Below are positions 1 to 13,605 of a DNA stretch of 64,000 nucleotides, one piece after another. The notes beneath the pieces were generated by a model. That model did no database searches and was not told the origin of the DNA. It was given only the letters and a program-made list of their open reading frames with translations. The first letter of the stretch is position 1. Each line of letters opens with the position of its first letter. Origin of the DNA: Lytechinus pictus (taxonomy: Eukaryota); NCBI RefSeq assembly GCF_037042905.1, contig NC_087247.1, positions 12,896,001-12,960,000 of the forward strand, written 5' to 3'. The position numbers and the translations under genes are program-made.

Positions 1-352
1 AAAATATTTTTTCGTACAACTACAATATGATTGAGCCCCCTGATTGGAACTAATACACATGAACTTTATTAAAAACGTAAAAATACAGTAAAATGCTTTT
101 TAAAGATTATACAACACTATTTGAACTTTACAGTAGTTGTATAATAATTCAAACAACCATGCTTAATTTATTAGAGATTAAACATTAAAGTTTGTTGTTT
201 TAAGATTATACACACGTATTTAGAATTGTTAAAAACTACTTAAAATAAATTTAGGTTGTGTAACGGATTTAAACAGCGTTTTTACTATGTACTTTAATGG
301 TTTACTTCTTCACGATTTCTAAAATTTTCATGGAAAGCTGACTATTTCTTAC

Positions 353-3300
353 GAACTGGAAATGCCACTCGGTACATCGGCGCGCCGTTCCCTCTTCCAA
401 ACTCAAAGGTGTTTGATGTGGTACTTCGCCAGAGAAATATATTGAATTCATCCGACACGGCCAAGGTGAGGGTCACAACATTATCTGAATGAAATAAGAA
501 CAGCAGTTGGGAGGGGGGGGGGGTTAAAGATACATCATATTGGAAAGGGGTGAAACTTTGATTGTTGCCCCAATTCTGCTTTTCCGGGCTGCTAATGTTT
601 GTGTGCAACCTGATATTGCAACAGGAAGTTGGTAGGTAACTCTCTGACATATACATTACACTGCCAAAAAAACGGTGTTGATTTAACACCAGCCAGATAT
701 ATATTCATGTCCACACCAAAGAAGTGTTAAACAACACCAGTTTGGTTTTGGTAAAACACCAGATAATGATGTGTTTATACAACACCCATTAAAACAGCAT
801 CGGTTTGATTCCAAACTGTTGTTGTTTCAATCTTTACGTTTAACGTTCAACACCAGAGTTTTTGCAGTGTACATGAATATAAAACATGGAAACCTCTCAC
901 TTACATCAAAATCTCAGGAATTAAAATACACCTTGACTAGTTCTTTCTTGTTTTATTTAATGAAAGCTTCAAGTCAATTTATTCAATTTGTTATCAATGA
1001 TGGCATATAAAAATAAAACATTGTGGGATCAAAGTTTTTTTTGTCATTTTATCTCGACCTTCTTCTTTTTCTTTATCTTTCAAGTAGATCATGATCATGG
1101 TGGCCTATATTGACTAACATCAATACCACGTACTCTGGTTCAAGTTTGCCTTGATTGTGATGGAATTACTCAGGAGTTCATTTCGAGTTGCAACAATGAG
1201 AACAGTCTGATTGTGCGGCACTGTCAACACTACCACACCATCGGGTCCGGTTACGGCCGAGTCTATGCGAGTCGTGCCGAAATCTGCCGAAGGGTCGGCG
1301 ATGAATGCCGAAATCACTGTGCCATTTGCTACCAGGTCAATTGTTGAATAAGAAAGGTAGGTTGCGATTACGGTGAGGTTTACAGTTGGAGGAACCTTTC
1401 CATCTTTTAATGAGATGAAAAAGGTGAAAACATGACAAATTATATCAAATGATCAATTTGTTATATTCTTCATTTTATTGTGAAGAATAACTCAAAACTA
1501 CATACATTAGAAAAACTCAATTCGAATAACGAGTCCATCAACAAGGTTATTTTGTCATTGGATCAGTTTACTTTTTACCTTTTATCTCAATTTCCGTGAC
1601 AGGTATTCCGATAATATTCTTTAATGATGAATATTGATAAATTAACGATTTACTGTTTTTGTGTGGGTGTGTGTGCTAAAACTCTGATCTTCAAATTGTC
1701 ATAAATCATTTCTTATCGATGTTAAAACACGTTTATTTAACATTGGGAGAACATGAAAAAGCGAAATATTCCCCTAATCATTGTTGAATTGAATAAAGCA
1801 ATAAGCACTTCTTAGTGACATGCTGAGTTCAAAATGCATTTCCCATCCCCTTAAACATGGTAGTAAATGAGGACCCCTCGGTAGACCGGCAGCATCATGA
1901 TTGATGCTCCCGAGTAGAGCCACCCTCCCTTTTTCATTTGCAAATTTCACATGTTATATGTATTTGTTCACGGAAGTAAATTAAATTCAATGTACTTCAA
2001 TCGTGTCAATTAAAGACCATAACCATGGTAACGAATAGAAGCATTTCGCATGATTTCACGAGAGGTGTAAATGTTGGTGTTGGTGTTGGAGCCCTTTAGG
2101 TTTAGAAAGACCATATACTGGTAGATCAACACCAAGTGACTTGTCGCTGGAATGGGCTGCGAGCCCGCGGGAAGGGTCCCGGAGACTTGTCCACCCTTTA
2201 ATTACGAATTTTGAACAGCACCCTATGTATGGGGGATGCGAGACCTCGTCCCCCCCCCCTCATAAAGGGATTTTTAAAAAGTCTCACACGATCGCCGCAC
2301 TTGATGTTTGTGTTCGATTAGTGCTAACATCAACACACGCTTCGAAGCCATATGCCTACATGAAACCGCATTTTCTTAACTTCGTAATTACTTTTATTTT
2401 TGCCATTAGTCCTTGCCCCAACACCACCAGAGGATCTTGCTCCAGACAACTTTGATGCCGGTTGAGCAGACTCTGTCCCTTCAGTGTTGACGTCATCGCA
2501 CTGGAGACGAGAGATGCATGGAATATCACCCCTGGACCGAGCATTCATGGCAGTTGAAACTGAACAGTGGTATATCCAGACAATAAATGAATATAATTAT
2601 CTCAAGTATTGCTGTATCGATTTTGTATTATTATTTTGATTTCTATTCTTTTGGCAACTTGTTAACACTTGGTAAGATCATGAAGATGAAAAATACAAAA
2701 TAGTTGACTAAATTCTCTGTGATGACAATGTATAGACCCTACTAATTAAATTGACTTGAATCATTTACGGAGTTAATTTGAATTCACTATTTACCAATTA
2801 AATCGCAGATAGTGCCATCGCCAGTAAAACCTGCATTGCATGTACATTGATAGCTTCCGATTGTGTTGACACACGTTGCGTTCTGGTCACAGGCGAAAGA
2901 CCCCGCATCACATTCGTTGATATCTATTAAGTTGGTTTAATCGGAAGAAAAAAAAAGAAAGAAAGGGATCATATTCATTTCAATAAATCTATTCAAAAGG
3001 ACAACATGATTAAATTCTTCAGAATAGATAATAGAGTGAATGAATAAATGATTATTTTTCACACCAAATACATACAAAAAAAGAGTTAGTATGGAAGATG
3101 GGATATTATAGGGTATTGCTTTTCACCCAATGAAGAATCATGCACCATATATCCCACGGGGGTATTAAAGGAGAATGAAACCCTTGAAACCAGCTGTATC
3201 CATATCAAAGAGAAAAATCAAAGAAACATATTGTTGAAAGTTTGAGGAAGATTGAATGAATGATAAGAAAGTTATGAGCATTTGAATATTGAGATCACTA

Positions 3301-4343
3301 ATGCCATGTAGATCCTCCAATTGGCAATGCGACCAAGATCTGTGATGTCACACACGTACAACTCCCTCATTACTTTAGTACTTATTTCACTTATATTCTC
3401 ACTTTTATAGAGTCTATCACAAGGTGAGGTGTTCTCTTTATATATGGGAGGACAATTACAGAGGTTTCACAACATTATAACATTGATGAATCGTTTGTCA
3501 TATGATTAGAATGAGCAAAAAGAGATGTTTTGGGGTATATTTTCAGTGTCCAAAAGGGGAGAGTTGTTCATCTGTGACATCATAGATCTTGGTCGTATTG
3601 CCAAATGGAGGATCTCCATAGCATTAGTGATCTCGACATTCAAATGCTCATAACTCTTCTATTGCTAGTCCTATTTTACTCAAACTTTTGTTGATCTTAT
3701 TCTTCGATTTTTCTGCTTTCACAAAAGCTAACTTGCTCCAAGGGTTTCATTCTCCTTTAAGTAATATAATTCGTAGTGGGGGTGTTGTGGGAAAGACGAA
3801 AACAATATAAACGGGATCTTTTTATTTTTTCCCTTACTATTTAGGAAGATTATCGCAATAAAAAGTTCAACTGCAAAGGGATAACTTCTCAAATGGTTCC
3901 GTGACATTTGCTCCGGCGACGATTGCTCCGATGGAAAACCTGCACATTAACCTAGACATCAAACCTTACCTTCAAAACTAATTTAACCCTAACCCTAATC
4001 TTTATTCTGAACCAAATACTCTATTACAATGCTTATTCTAAGACTATGACCTCTGAAATATTATGAGTGGAGCATATGTCGTGTCACCTCTCAAATGCCC
4101 TCACATTGTGTTTAAGCAAATTAACCCCCCCCCCCCCCGCCCTCTGAAATTTTATTATTCTTACCAATTTTTTAATCGCTTTTTCGAGCATGATGTAAAA
4201 ACGGAAAAAACCAAACGAACCTGTGCAGTTTATCCCGTCTCCTTGGTAACCCTGATTGCAACTACATTGGTAAGAACCAGGAATGTTGATACAGGCCGCC
4301 AATGAGTGACAGTTGGAGGTACCAGTATTGCACTCGTTGATAT
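353..4343 (-). CDS. Partial extracellular protein: two Ca-binding EGF exons followed by a carboxypeptidase-regulatory/prealbumin-like beta-sandwich region; probably continues beyond the left edge
   Basis: Phase-1/1 exons with canonical AG/GT: 4343-4221 ([41 protein letters not shown]), 2923-2795 ([43 protein letters not shown]), 1403-1134 ([15 protein letters not shown]...[41 protein letters not shown]), 484-353 ([43 protein letters not shown]). All lengths are multiples of 3 (123, 129, 270, 132). The beta-sandwich assignment is by motif resemblance only. Confidence 0.8.
659..869. mobile_element. Small non-autonomous DNA transposon (CACTG...CAGTG termini, TA flanks)
   Basis: cactgccaaaaaaacggtgttg ... 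caacaccagagtttttgcagtg inverted termini, TA on both sides, internal aacacc/ggtgtt subrepeats. Confidence 0.65.
3169..3756. mobile_element. MITE with TTAA target duplication (Kolobok/piggyBac-type)
   Basis: ttaa|aggagaatgaaacccttg ... caagggtttcattctcct|ttaa, with long imperfect inverted arms (about 180 bp). Confidence 0.85.
3895..4088. repeat. Short interspersed element with catttgctcc/ggagcatatg inverted ends and an internal aaccct (telomere-like) tract
   Basis: gtgacatttgctccggcgacgattgctcc ... aaccctaaccctaat ... ggagcatatgtcgtgtcacc. Confidence 0.45.
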
Positions 4344-5604
4344 CTAGTATGGAACAATTGAAATGACATTCGAGAAATAAAACAGAGGCTTCCCTCAAGG
4401 TTACATGTTCGAACCTTTCTTACCTTTTTTTTCTTTTAAACGTATGCTAATGCAGCTGCATGTATGATGATCATTTTGAATTAGATTTTCATCACATTGA
4501 CAGATCTTTCATTGATTGACCATATTCATAAAATGTCTTCATGATCAACATCAGTCTTTTTGAGGGGGGGGGGGTGTTTAATTTTTGTGATGGAAGGAAT
4601 ACAAAGGCCTATTAAATTAATTTTACTGCCGATATCTTATTAGTTTGAAGATTTAAAAGAATATCCTTCCCCGGATCCTTCCTAAAAAAATAATGTATTG
4701 AAAAACGACTCTCTATATGTAATAATCGCGATAAATTCTGATTTTGTATATGATTTTCAGTGCATATCGAGAGATAAGCCATCTTGGGTGTCGGCAAATT
4801 GCACAGGCCTAGGCATAGTTCATAGTTGCTTGTGTGTCCTGCATTCTCAGCTGAGATCAGATGCTGTTGATGGCCAGGGTCTCGGTTGTGAGGCGGGATT
4901 GCCCTTCTCTTACCATGCTTAGGTAACGATATAAGGGCAGTCTCTCAGTCGCGTGCGACCTCCACTGGTGAGGACAGATCTCTGTCGCGTGCGACCTCAC
5001 ATGACATCAAGCCTGACCCCAACTCTGGACATATATGTTTCTGTTTTGCGCAAGTCCTCTCGTCGAGTCCCTGGCGGCTGCTTCCCGAGCGAAGCGAGGG
5101 ATATCCTAATTCGCGAATTAGGCCTGGTCCGCTGCGCTCTGCTTCGATATAAGCCTATATATCCCTCGCTTTAAGCTCCTTGCGAGAACAGACACTCGGT
5201 CGATCGCGTGCAGCTAGCTCCGGGCTGAACCTAAGCCGAGGACAAATGCTGTTTTTGGAGGGCACAAACTAGCTCAAGGATGCTTTACTCAGTACACAGT
5301 AACATGTTCAAATGGAAAGCAAATTTATCTTATTTTCATTTTGCTGCCATGCATTTTACACGTGAGATCATTTAGATGCATCCAGCGACAATCGGTTTAT
5401 ATCGATTCAAATCGGGTTAAATGAGGAGAAATCGCAGATTCGTACAAGCTTGCATTGAATTGTGATTTTGTAATTTCCAACCCATATTAATTCGTTACAA
5501 TAAATTATATTTAATTATGTTTGATTGTGAGCCCATAATATCCGGGCATTCCCTGCACTTCCTCTCCTTCTCCTTCACTCCTCTCCCACACACACTCTTT
5601 CTCT

Positions 5605-5983
5605 AATTTCATAAACCGAATTATGCGGCTAATAGCAGCATAATTTGGTCGTAAAATCAGAGGAAGACCAGAGTTATCCGCATTATTTTGATGCTGCAAT
5701 TATCCGCATAATAGCGGCATCAGGACCAGATTTTGACTTTATGAACGCATTTCAAAGTAATGCGGATAATTGCCATGGTGCGGTCACAAGGTCACCCTTT
5801 TCCAACACAACCGCATCGGAGGGGGTGTGTGCGGTTGCCATGACGATTATCCGCCTTTTTCAGGACGGGCGCTCGTAAAAATAGTGCGGATTATTTTCGG
5901 AGTTTGTGAACGCAATTTTTATTGAATTATCCGCATTACTCTTAGGCGGCTAATTGGAGGATGGGTTTATGAAAGGGTTATAA
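5605..5983. mobile_element. Probable MITE or foldback element
   Basis: ttcataaacc ... ggtttatgaaa inverted ends; internal ttatccgca/tgcggataa subrepeats in both orientations. Confidence 0.5.
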
Positions 5984-7138
5984 GTCTCCCTCTCACGCAC
6001 ACACACCCATACAGCCACACTCTCACGACCCACCACAAGCATCTTACTTTCTGGCCATTATCATGATAATGTAGGCAGTCCTGTTTGTTAGGAATACTGG
6101 CGAACTGGTTAGATGTGAAAAGGAGTGGAGCTATCAGTCATGTTTAGGCCTATACCTGTTTGTTTGAGAGGTTTGTAAGTTGGGGGCGATGGTGTCTGTT
6201 AATTTTTCCCTCAAAATATTCTGGTCAAAATGAAGTTGATTGAATCCATAGAATCTCATAACTCAACTTCAATTCATCATTTCATACCCACACCCCCATC
6301 TCTCTCTCCCTCTCATTCACCTCACTACCCTCCCCCTCTCTCTCACCCTCCCTCCCTCCCCGCCCCTCCCCCTCTCTCACTCTGTAGGTCTACCTAGAAA
6401 ATACCCTTTATCTGCCCCGTTCCTCTCTCCATATGCACCGTCTCTCTCTTTGTATCAATCTCTATTTCTCAACGTTTCCATATTCCTTACGTATAACATA
6501 GACAACATTCAATGTAACACTATCAAGAAGGGTACAAAGGAAGTCACATACCATTTTTTTTCGAAAGCCTTCTTTATCTGATATGAAGCGTCTTGACTTT
6601 AACAAAACAACAAAGGGTCTAAATAATCTAATGTCACAGTCATATCCAATAATCCAAAACAAAAAATGACAGAGCATTGTGCACAGATTAAAATGTGTGC
6701 ACTGTGTAAAATCTGTAACAGATGAAATAGTTGGCCCGATTACTGACATTATAACTTATCATCTTATTATTCTACGATTTGTAAATATTTACTGATTCAT
6801 ATGTCTTGTTGATTGTTAACGATAAAGAAGATTGGTCACTGGTAATACATCTTCTAAAGATGTTAGATTAGTAGATGTCCTTTATGATGTGCAGTTGGGT
6901 AAAACTTGGGAGTTAATATGAAGGAGATGGACAATATTGTTGAGACTATACGTCTATAATCTTTTAATATCACGTCACGCGATAGAAACAAAACGGATAA
7001 TTATCGAAAGCTTCATTGACCAAGGGCATGGAGGGTGACGTGTTCCAAACGTACACCAAAACCCCTGATTAGGGGTTTTGTGATATTTTGGAAAACGTCG
7101 CCTTCCATACAAGGGCTTTCCATTTCCCACTGAAACTG

Positions 7139-7560
7139 CTACGGCATAGTGACTGGCCCCATAGTAGCTGCTGGTGGGGCAGGTGCTGCTGTTGTTGCCG
7201 GTGCTGCGGTAGTTGCCGGTGCTGCGGTAGTTGCAGGTGCTGCGGTAGTTGCAGGGGCTTGCGTAGCAGCTGGTGTGGCAGCCGCAGCTTCTTCACTGCT
7301 ACTGGCCGAGCTCGAACTCCCACTCCCACTCGATGACCGCCTGTCACGGTGTCGGCTGCGACGACCTGCAACGAAATAAAATTGCATTTGGAGTAAAGTG
7401 CAGATATCACTGGCAGACAAATTGAGGGGATGGGGCTTGAGGGCACTGGACCCCGTCCACAACCAAGAAAAATAACAGAAGAAGAAGAAAGGAAAAGAAA
7501 GAGGGTAACAGTGTTCTTAAAATATTGTCAAATTTAACACAAAATAAATGAATGTTCATT

Positions 7561-7602
<42 letters not shown>

Positions 7603-9397
7603 AGAAATGAGCGTGGAGTGGTGAATGAATCCAATAACTCGCAGCCCCGTCCATAACATTAGCGTATTTTCGTAATATCACTGACTACGCAGACACTTTC
7701 TACAAAGCACAATGGAGTCAGAGGCTTTGGTCGAAAGAAAATGGTCTGGGACAGCAGAACTTTGTCCGAAGGTTCAGACCGGACGAGAAATTGTAAATAT
7801 TATGTCCTTTTGTCCAGAATCGAGGGGTACACTGCTGTTTTGATTCACCGGTTTTTGAACAAACAATGAAGGGCTTTTGACAAATGATTCTCTGCCGTAT
7901 AGAAAGCGTCTGAGTAGTAATTGCAAAAAAATCCCTATTCTCAACCTCAGCGTCGGGCACTTTCTGCCACAAAAATGGTAGAGAGTGAGCTAATGAACCT
8001 TATGAAGAGGCACTGTATAGAAGATACGCCATACATAATATTTGTCATAAAACTCAGTGGCCCGTATTCTGAAGTCGGGTTTAACTTAAACTCTGGTTTA
8101 AAGTTGTGGTTTAAGTATGGGAAGCCAAAAGTATCAAATTTTTTATTAAGTTGTATCTTTCTTATGTTTACTGTGCTCTTTCCTGATTCATCAATGGTGA
8201 AGACAATCATCTATTTATACCTCCTACACAATTATGAATGATTTGAGAGCCGAATGAGCTGACGTATGATATCTCTACTGTTAGTGATTATGTAACAATT
8301 GGCTGTCCATACTCAAACCACAACTTTAAACCTGAGTTTAAGTTAAACCCGACTTCAGAATACGGACCAGTGGGGATAATCATGCCCCCCCCCCAAAAAA
8401 AAAAAAATCACGTAAGAAAATTGTTGTAAAACAGTTGTTGAGTGCCAATCCGATTTCGTGTACACACTTATGTTATCCGAACATTAAAGTGACACGTATC
8501 TTACACTAAACTTATATTATCACTTATCTGGTCATGATGTGGATGTGCCCATCGGGGCTGTTGTTTGACTAACACTCTATTTTTGCATTGTGATATCGAA
8601 TTATCCGATGATATCTTCTCTCATAAATCTTCTTTAATAAATCTTACTAGAAGTATTATAATAATTTACAGGATTCAAGATTTTTTTTGGTGATACATAC
8701 ATCAAGAAATAGTGAATAATTTGTTCGATTTTAGGTTGTACTGTTTTTCAATTAGACATATGTGTATGAATGTAAGAGAAAAGAATATATATTCCTTGAA
8801 AAATAATTATGGAATCAATCTGGTTAGAATAAAAATGTATATCAGATATTTTGAGAACAAATTGAATTGATTTATAATTCATGACATTGTTTTACTTCAT
8901 TTTCGTTAAGAATTGTCAAATGTATGGATGTGTTGATCATAATAATTGTACGTTCAAACCAAGCTTTGTAATTATGGTGTAATTTTTTATTTTTGAAATT
9001 TGATATCGCTTTTTAATTTATAATCATGAATGCAACATTTTACTATGTTCAATTTTGTTTGATGAGAGAAGAGAATAAAAAATTATTTTTAAAAAATATA
9101 TCAATTAAAAACAAAAAAAAATATCTGATTCTGACGACAATGAAAGAGTGAAAAAAGGATAATGTATGTGTTGATAAAATTTAAGAAGTAAAATTTTGAA
9201 TTAATAAATAGCAAATATATTTAAAAAAATAAGTAAATAAAGATATGAATGAATCAAATTATAAATAATTAGGTAAATAAATGAATGAATGAATAAAATA
9301 ATTCATAAATAATATCAGAATTCTTACATGTCTTACCTTCAACGGTGAGCATCATTGCACACAGCAGAACACACACAGTGAATAGCATTGGCTTCAT
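7139..9397 (-). CDS. Gene A: 95-aa secreted proprotein; signal peptide, RRSRHRDRR, Ser-rich SSSGSGSSSSASSSEE, (APATTA)n repeat
   Basis: Exon 9397-9337 (tag|ATGAAG..., MKPMLFTVCVLLCAMMLTVE/G, 61 nt, G|gtaaga) joined to exon 7365-7139 (gcag|GTCGTCGC..., ends CCG TAG); 288 nt in frame. Upstream non-coding exon donor AAAGAG|gtaggc at 9765. Confidence 0.85.
8059..8368. mobile_element. MITE, PIF/Harbinger-like, in the gene A intron
   Basis: About 60-bp TIRs ggcccgtattctgaagtcgggtttaacttaaactc ... gagtttaagttaaacccgacttcagaatacggacc, with 3-bp agt flanks on both sides. Confidence 0.85.
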
Positions 9398-10106
9398 CTA
9401 CAGATAAAGAAAACACAAATCAATTATTATTTTGTTTTAATTAATGTCGCATTCTTATGCAAAGAAGGGGAATTAATTTCTTAAGGCAGCTCAAAAAGTT
9501 ACCCTTAATAGGCCTATAGTGATGTCCTCAGTTCAGCAAGCTCAAAACATTTATTGAAATTTACCGAGTTATAATTACATAATAACAATATAACATCAAC
9601 AAAAATTACACACATTTGCTTTTATAGATATGTGGTATTTCTCCAAATAATTGGAAGACATGACTTCTGCGAAAAAAGGGGGCAGCCATTTTCTGATTAG
9701 TGAATCTACGTAGGCCTATATATAATTCTTTATTAAAAGTTACGAGATATAGCAAATAGCCTACCTCTTTGTCTTCAAGTTGTCAGTGTTAGGCCATGCT
9801 TATTTTTCGTACACAAACAGCCATGTGAACTCAGAGAATACTAAAACCAAATCACAATATGTGCTATTGCATGTCTAGATATTAGCCTAATGCATGTCTA
9901 TATACTAGATTATGAACAAAAGCTATATTTAACTTTCTTTCTTAATAAGATAAAAACCTAGGCCTATGCTTCATGTTATTTCGTTTTGATACGGACAAAC
10001 GGCAATCTTGTTAGCTGATTGTATAAAAAGTAGTATAGGTTATCATCAAACTCTGATAAATAGCAATGGATACTCTCTTTACTCCATTGAAATCGATATT
10101 GTAGAG

Positions 10107-11354
10107 CAGGGGTTCTCAATAGGTGGCGCGCGCGCCACTTGTGGCGCACCGAGCCTTGCGGAGTGGCGCTTGGGAGCCGGTATAAAAAATAAAGGAAAAA
10201 TAAGGGAGAAAAAATGTATCTACCAGTAACCTGGCAATAAGGTTTTGGTGATCATTTTAATACAAAGAGAAAACAAAAACTCTTTACTTGACACTTAATC
10301 GCTAATTGATTTCCCCAAATTTTGTCAAATTTAGCACTCGATAACCCCTATTATGGAGGATTGATGGTGTTCTCCTTTTTATTTATTCTACGCTGTACAA
10401 AGTTTTTGTGCCGCACAAGTGATTTGAAAACCCCGTTTGTAGGATTTCTATTTCAACGGCGAGAAATTTTGCATTTCCAGAGTATACGTTTTGGTTAAGA
10501 GTTAAACATCAAATGATATGATATTCAAAGAACACCCTGATCATAAAAGATTATGAATTTGGGACATAACAAGCAGAAACTTTGTTTCCGAAGCCGATTA
10601 AAATCCGATGTTGTAAAAATGAAATAAATGTATGCTCAGATGCATTGTCTGCCGTGATTGCCTGCATGCATTCTTGCTTAACATGAACTGAATGAATGAT
10701 ACTGCACGTGAGTTATAGAGAGAGAGGGGCAGTTGGGGCGTTAGTGCAGTGCAACGCCTAATTTTCAGCCCTTGCAAAATCGGGGAACGTAGCTTCAACC
10801 ACTGGCGTACAGATGGGGGTGGCGATTGGGGGGGCCAAATGTTTCATGGCCAAGAAAAAAAAGGAGAAAGGGAAAGAAAAGGAAAGGGAAAGAGTGGAAT
10901 ATTGTATTATTTTCTTAATATTATGTCAAAATATAGATATTTGTATTGCAATAAAGTTCAATATTTTTGCTTCAGCTGCCATATCTAGCCCCCTCATTTT
11001 TTTTTTTACTCATTACGCCACTTGCTTCAGCCAATATATCTGGGGCAGAACAGTCTGAACTAGTGGTATCATTGGTATGTTGTGAAAAATTCACTGGTCA
11101 TTTTTCTTTTAATATTGATATTGTGTAGTTTATTGGCATTTGTATTTCTTCTGTTGATATTAATTAGAGCCCCTCTGGGCAATTTAAAAGGCCTCATATT
11201 CCAAAACGTCTGGGGGCTCTGCCCCCTCGACCCCCACCAGGGGCCTCTGAACCCCCTCCGCTGATACATTGCTGATTTGCGCAATGGACAGTGGAGCATT
11301 GCAGATTCTCAACATGAAATGTGGCGCTTCAAAAAAAGTAATTGAGAATGGCTG
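10107..11354. mobile_element. Non-autonomous hAT (Charlie-like) element with a nested small insertion (about 10800-11025)
   Basis: caggggttctcaat ... attgagaatggctg termini and a perfect 8-bp TSD ttgtagag (10099-10106, 11355-11362). Confidence 0.85.
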
Positions 11355-12613
11355 TTGTAGAGCTTTAAAAGGTTATACACAATATCAAGCCAGTATAGAC
11401 TATTAAATAGCTCTGCCAATTATGTTTGCATATCGTACAAAGGAACTGAAATATTGCAGCCAGTAACAATCAAAAGCCTGCAGTGGCCCAAAAAATTGCG
11501 ATCGAAATTAGATCAACGACATTGAAGGCATAATTAGTCTAAAATAAATAGCGACGAAGAACGCTAATGCACTTTGAAGAACAAGATGAATCATTTAAAT
11601 AAAACATTTAAACTTAAATGTACATACTTTTGAAGAAATGTCAGGGCATCTTACTTTATTATACTACTGAGGTATACAATACCAGAATACAAACTGTTTA
11701 ATGGCGAAGATAAAAAATGTTGGGCAACTTACTTTGAAAGAGGTGATGTTTGGAACTGTCCGGATGAGAGAAAAAACCTTGAACAATCTCAGCAATGAAT
11801 ACTGCTTCACCTTGAAATCTTATTTTAAAATCTTTCCAAACTCGTAGCTGAATATATAGAGATATATTTTAATCCCCTCCTGGAGTAACGGGATGGGGAC
11901 CTGAATCATTTGCAGACTGTTGTCAAGTTCGTTTTATTTTTTCAGTTGCCTATCGGTAATCCCTTCACACAGGTGACGTCAAAATTCATGATTTTGGTAC
12001 TGAATAGTGTAATAAGTTAATTAACTTACATTGGTCATTGCGAATTCATAGTAATTAATTGTAATTAGCTCCCATTATGGCGGATATTTCCGAATACACA
12101 TACATATAGGTTAAGCCTGTGACTTGTGTTTCAATACTTAGATGTCAAGTCATAACGGATTCGGGGTATTTGATTGCTATTTCTTGATATTGCATGTATC
12201 TGACAAATATTGATCTTTGATTCGAGGTATATATTTTCCATGAAATACAACTGTCATTCTAATTTCAAGGGCGTAACAATAATTAGGATTAATAATCCAT
12301 TGGCTGTTGTCATTAATGGATCTCTGCGATGCACGCAAATAATTTGGCATCTTTGATACCCGCGAGCTGGCTTCGTCCCTACGAATCAGAATAGATGGGG
12401 GAGAGAGGGAGAGAGAGGTGGCGAGGGGACAGATGAAAGGGAAAAAAGAGGGAGGGAAGATAAAGAGAGGGAGAGAGGGGGGAGAGAAAACAAAGATGGG
12501 AGGGGGTAAAGCGAGAATGGGGGAGGAGGGAGAATGTATGCATATGCAATGTTTTTTTAAATGGAAGAGAGATGGGGATAGGAGTAGGGCAAGTAGGGAG
12601 GGTGAATTTGAAC

Positions 12614-13574
12614 GGGTCCGCTAGTCATAAGGACCACTAGTGATAACGTGTAAGTTCGCTATTCATAAAAGGGAAATGGGGTCACCAGTCATAAAGTCAT
12701 GAGGTCCGATATTCATAATGCAACATGAGGGCCACTATTCATAATCGAGCATAAGGGTCATTGATCATAAGGATCGCAAGGAGGGTCGGTGTTTATAATT
12801 CTAGATGAGAGTCGCTAGTCACAAAGAGGAAAAGAGTATATTGATCATATGGGTCGTTAGTTTCTGTTTGTTTCTGTTTGTGGTAACTCCCGTAGGAACT
12901 CGGCAGGACAGCATTTTGCTAGTAAACGCCAAGCTGGTATATAACCAATTACCTTGGAAACATTGTACATCTAGGTTAATCAGTCATAGTGGCTGACGCA
13001 ATAGACGACGAGATCACTCTTGGGCCTTTTTATCAAAGTGGAGACAATGGCAGAGTTGGGATTCGAACTCACAACCTTGCGATTATGAGTCCAATGCTCT
13101 AACCACTGGACCACACGACCCTTTAGTCATAATAGGAAAAGGGGTCGCCAGTCATAACAGGAAAAGGGGATCGTCAGTCATAAGAGTAAAAGAGGGTCGC
13201 TAGTCATAATAGTATAGAAGGGGTTCGCCAGTCATAAATGTAGAAGAGGGTCGTTAGTCATAATAGTAGAAGGGGTTCGCCAGTCATAATAGTAGCTGAG
13301 GGTCGCTAGTAATAATAGTAGAAGGGGTTTGCCAGTCAGAATAGTAGATGAGGATAGCTAGGTATAATAGTAGAAGGGGTTCGCTTGTGATAATAGTAGT
13401 AGGGGTTCGCCAGACATAATATATGAGGGTCGCTAGTCATTATAGTACGTAGAAGGGGTTCGCTAGTCGCTATTCTTTGATTATGACTAGCGACCTCTAC
13501 GAACATAGACCCGTATGAATAGCTACCCTTATGACTATTATGACTAGCGGTCCTTATGACTAGCGGTGGACCCC
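12614..13574. mobile_element. DNA element with TIRs and an internal ~27-bp tandem array, interrupted by a SINE
   Basis: gggtccgctagtcataaggacc vs ggtccttatgactagcggtggacccc; array of agtcataatagtagaaggggttcgc units at 13123-13470. Confidence 0.65.
12861..13121 (-). mobile_element. tRNA-derived SINE
   Basis: Head gggtcgtgtggtccagtggttagagcattggactcataatcgcaaggttgtgagttcgaatccc (A and B boxes), non-tRNA body, short caaacagaaa repeat tail. Confidence 0.75.
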
Positions 13575-13605
13575 ATTTGAACTGTGACTTGAAGAGAGGG
13601 GAGGC

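Noticed and set aside
2330-2560. GC-richer segment with short ORFs on both strands
   Set aside because: No convincing exon boundaries compatible with the surrounding phase-1 gene and no recognisable domain.
4690-5500. CpG-rich promoter-like island upstream of the EGF exons
   Set aside because: Looks like the interior of an interspersed repeat; no signal-peptide exon found; function cannot be supported without a repeat search.
7069-7446. Cys-rich (CCGSCR)n metallothionein- or keratin-associated-like ORF and the AVVAG ORF
   Set aside because: Antisense shadows of the gene A APATTA repeat.
13050-13121. Possible tRNA-Met gene (CAT anticodon-like loop)
   Set aside because: The acceptor stem does not pair and the sequence continues into a SINE body and repeat tail; treated as a SINE head, as are 24265 and 41525.
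13123-13470. CRISPR-like array (also considered for 22452-22725)
   Set aside because: Eukaryotic context, head-to-tail units without unique spacers, no cas genes.
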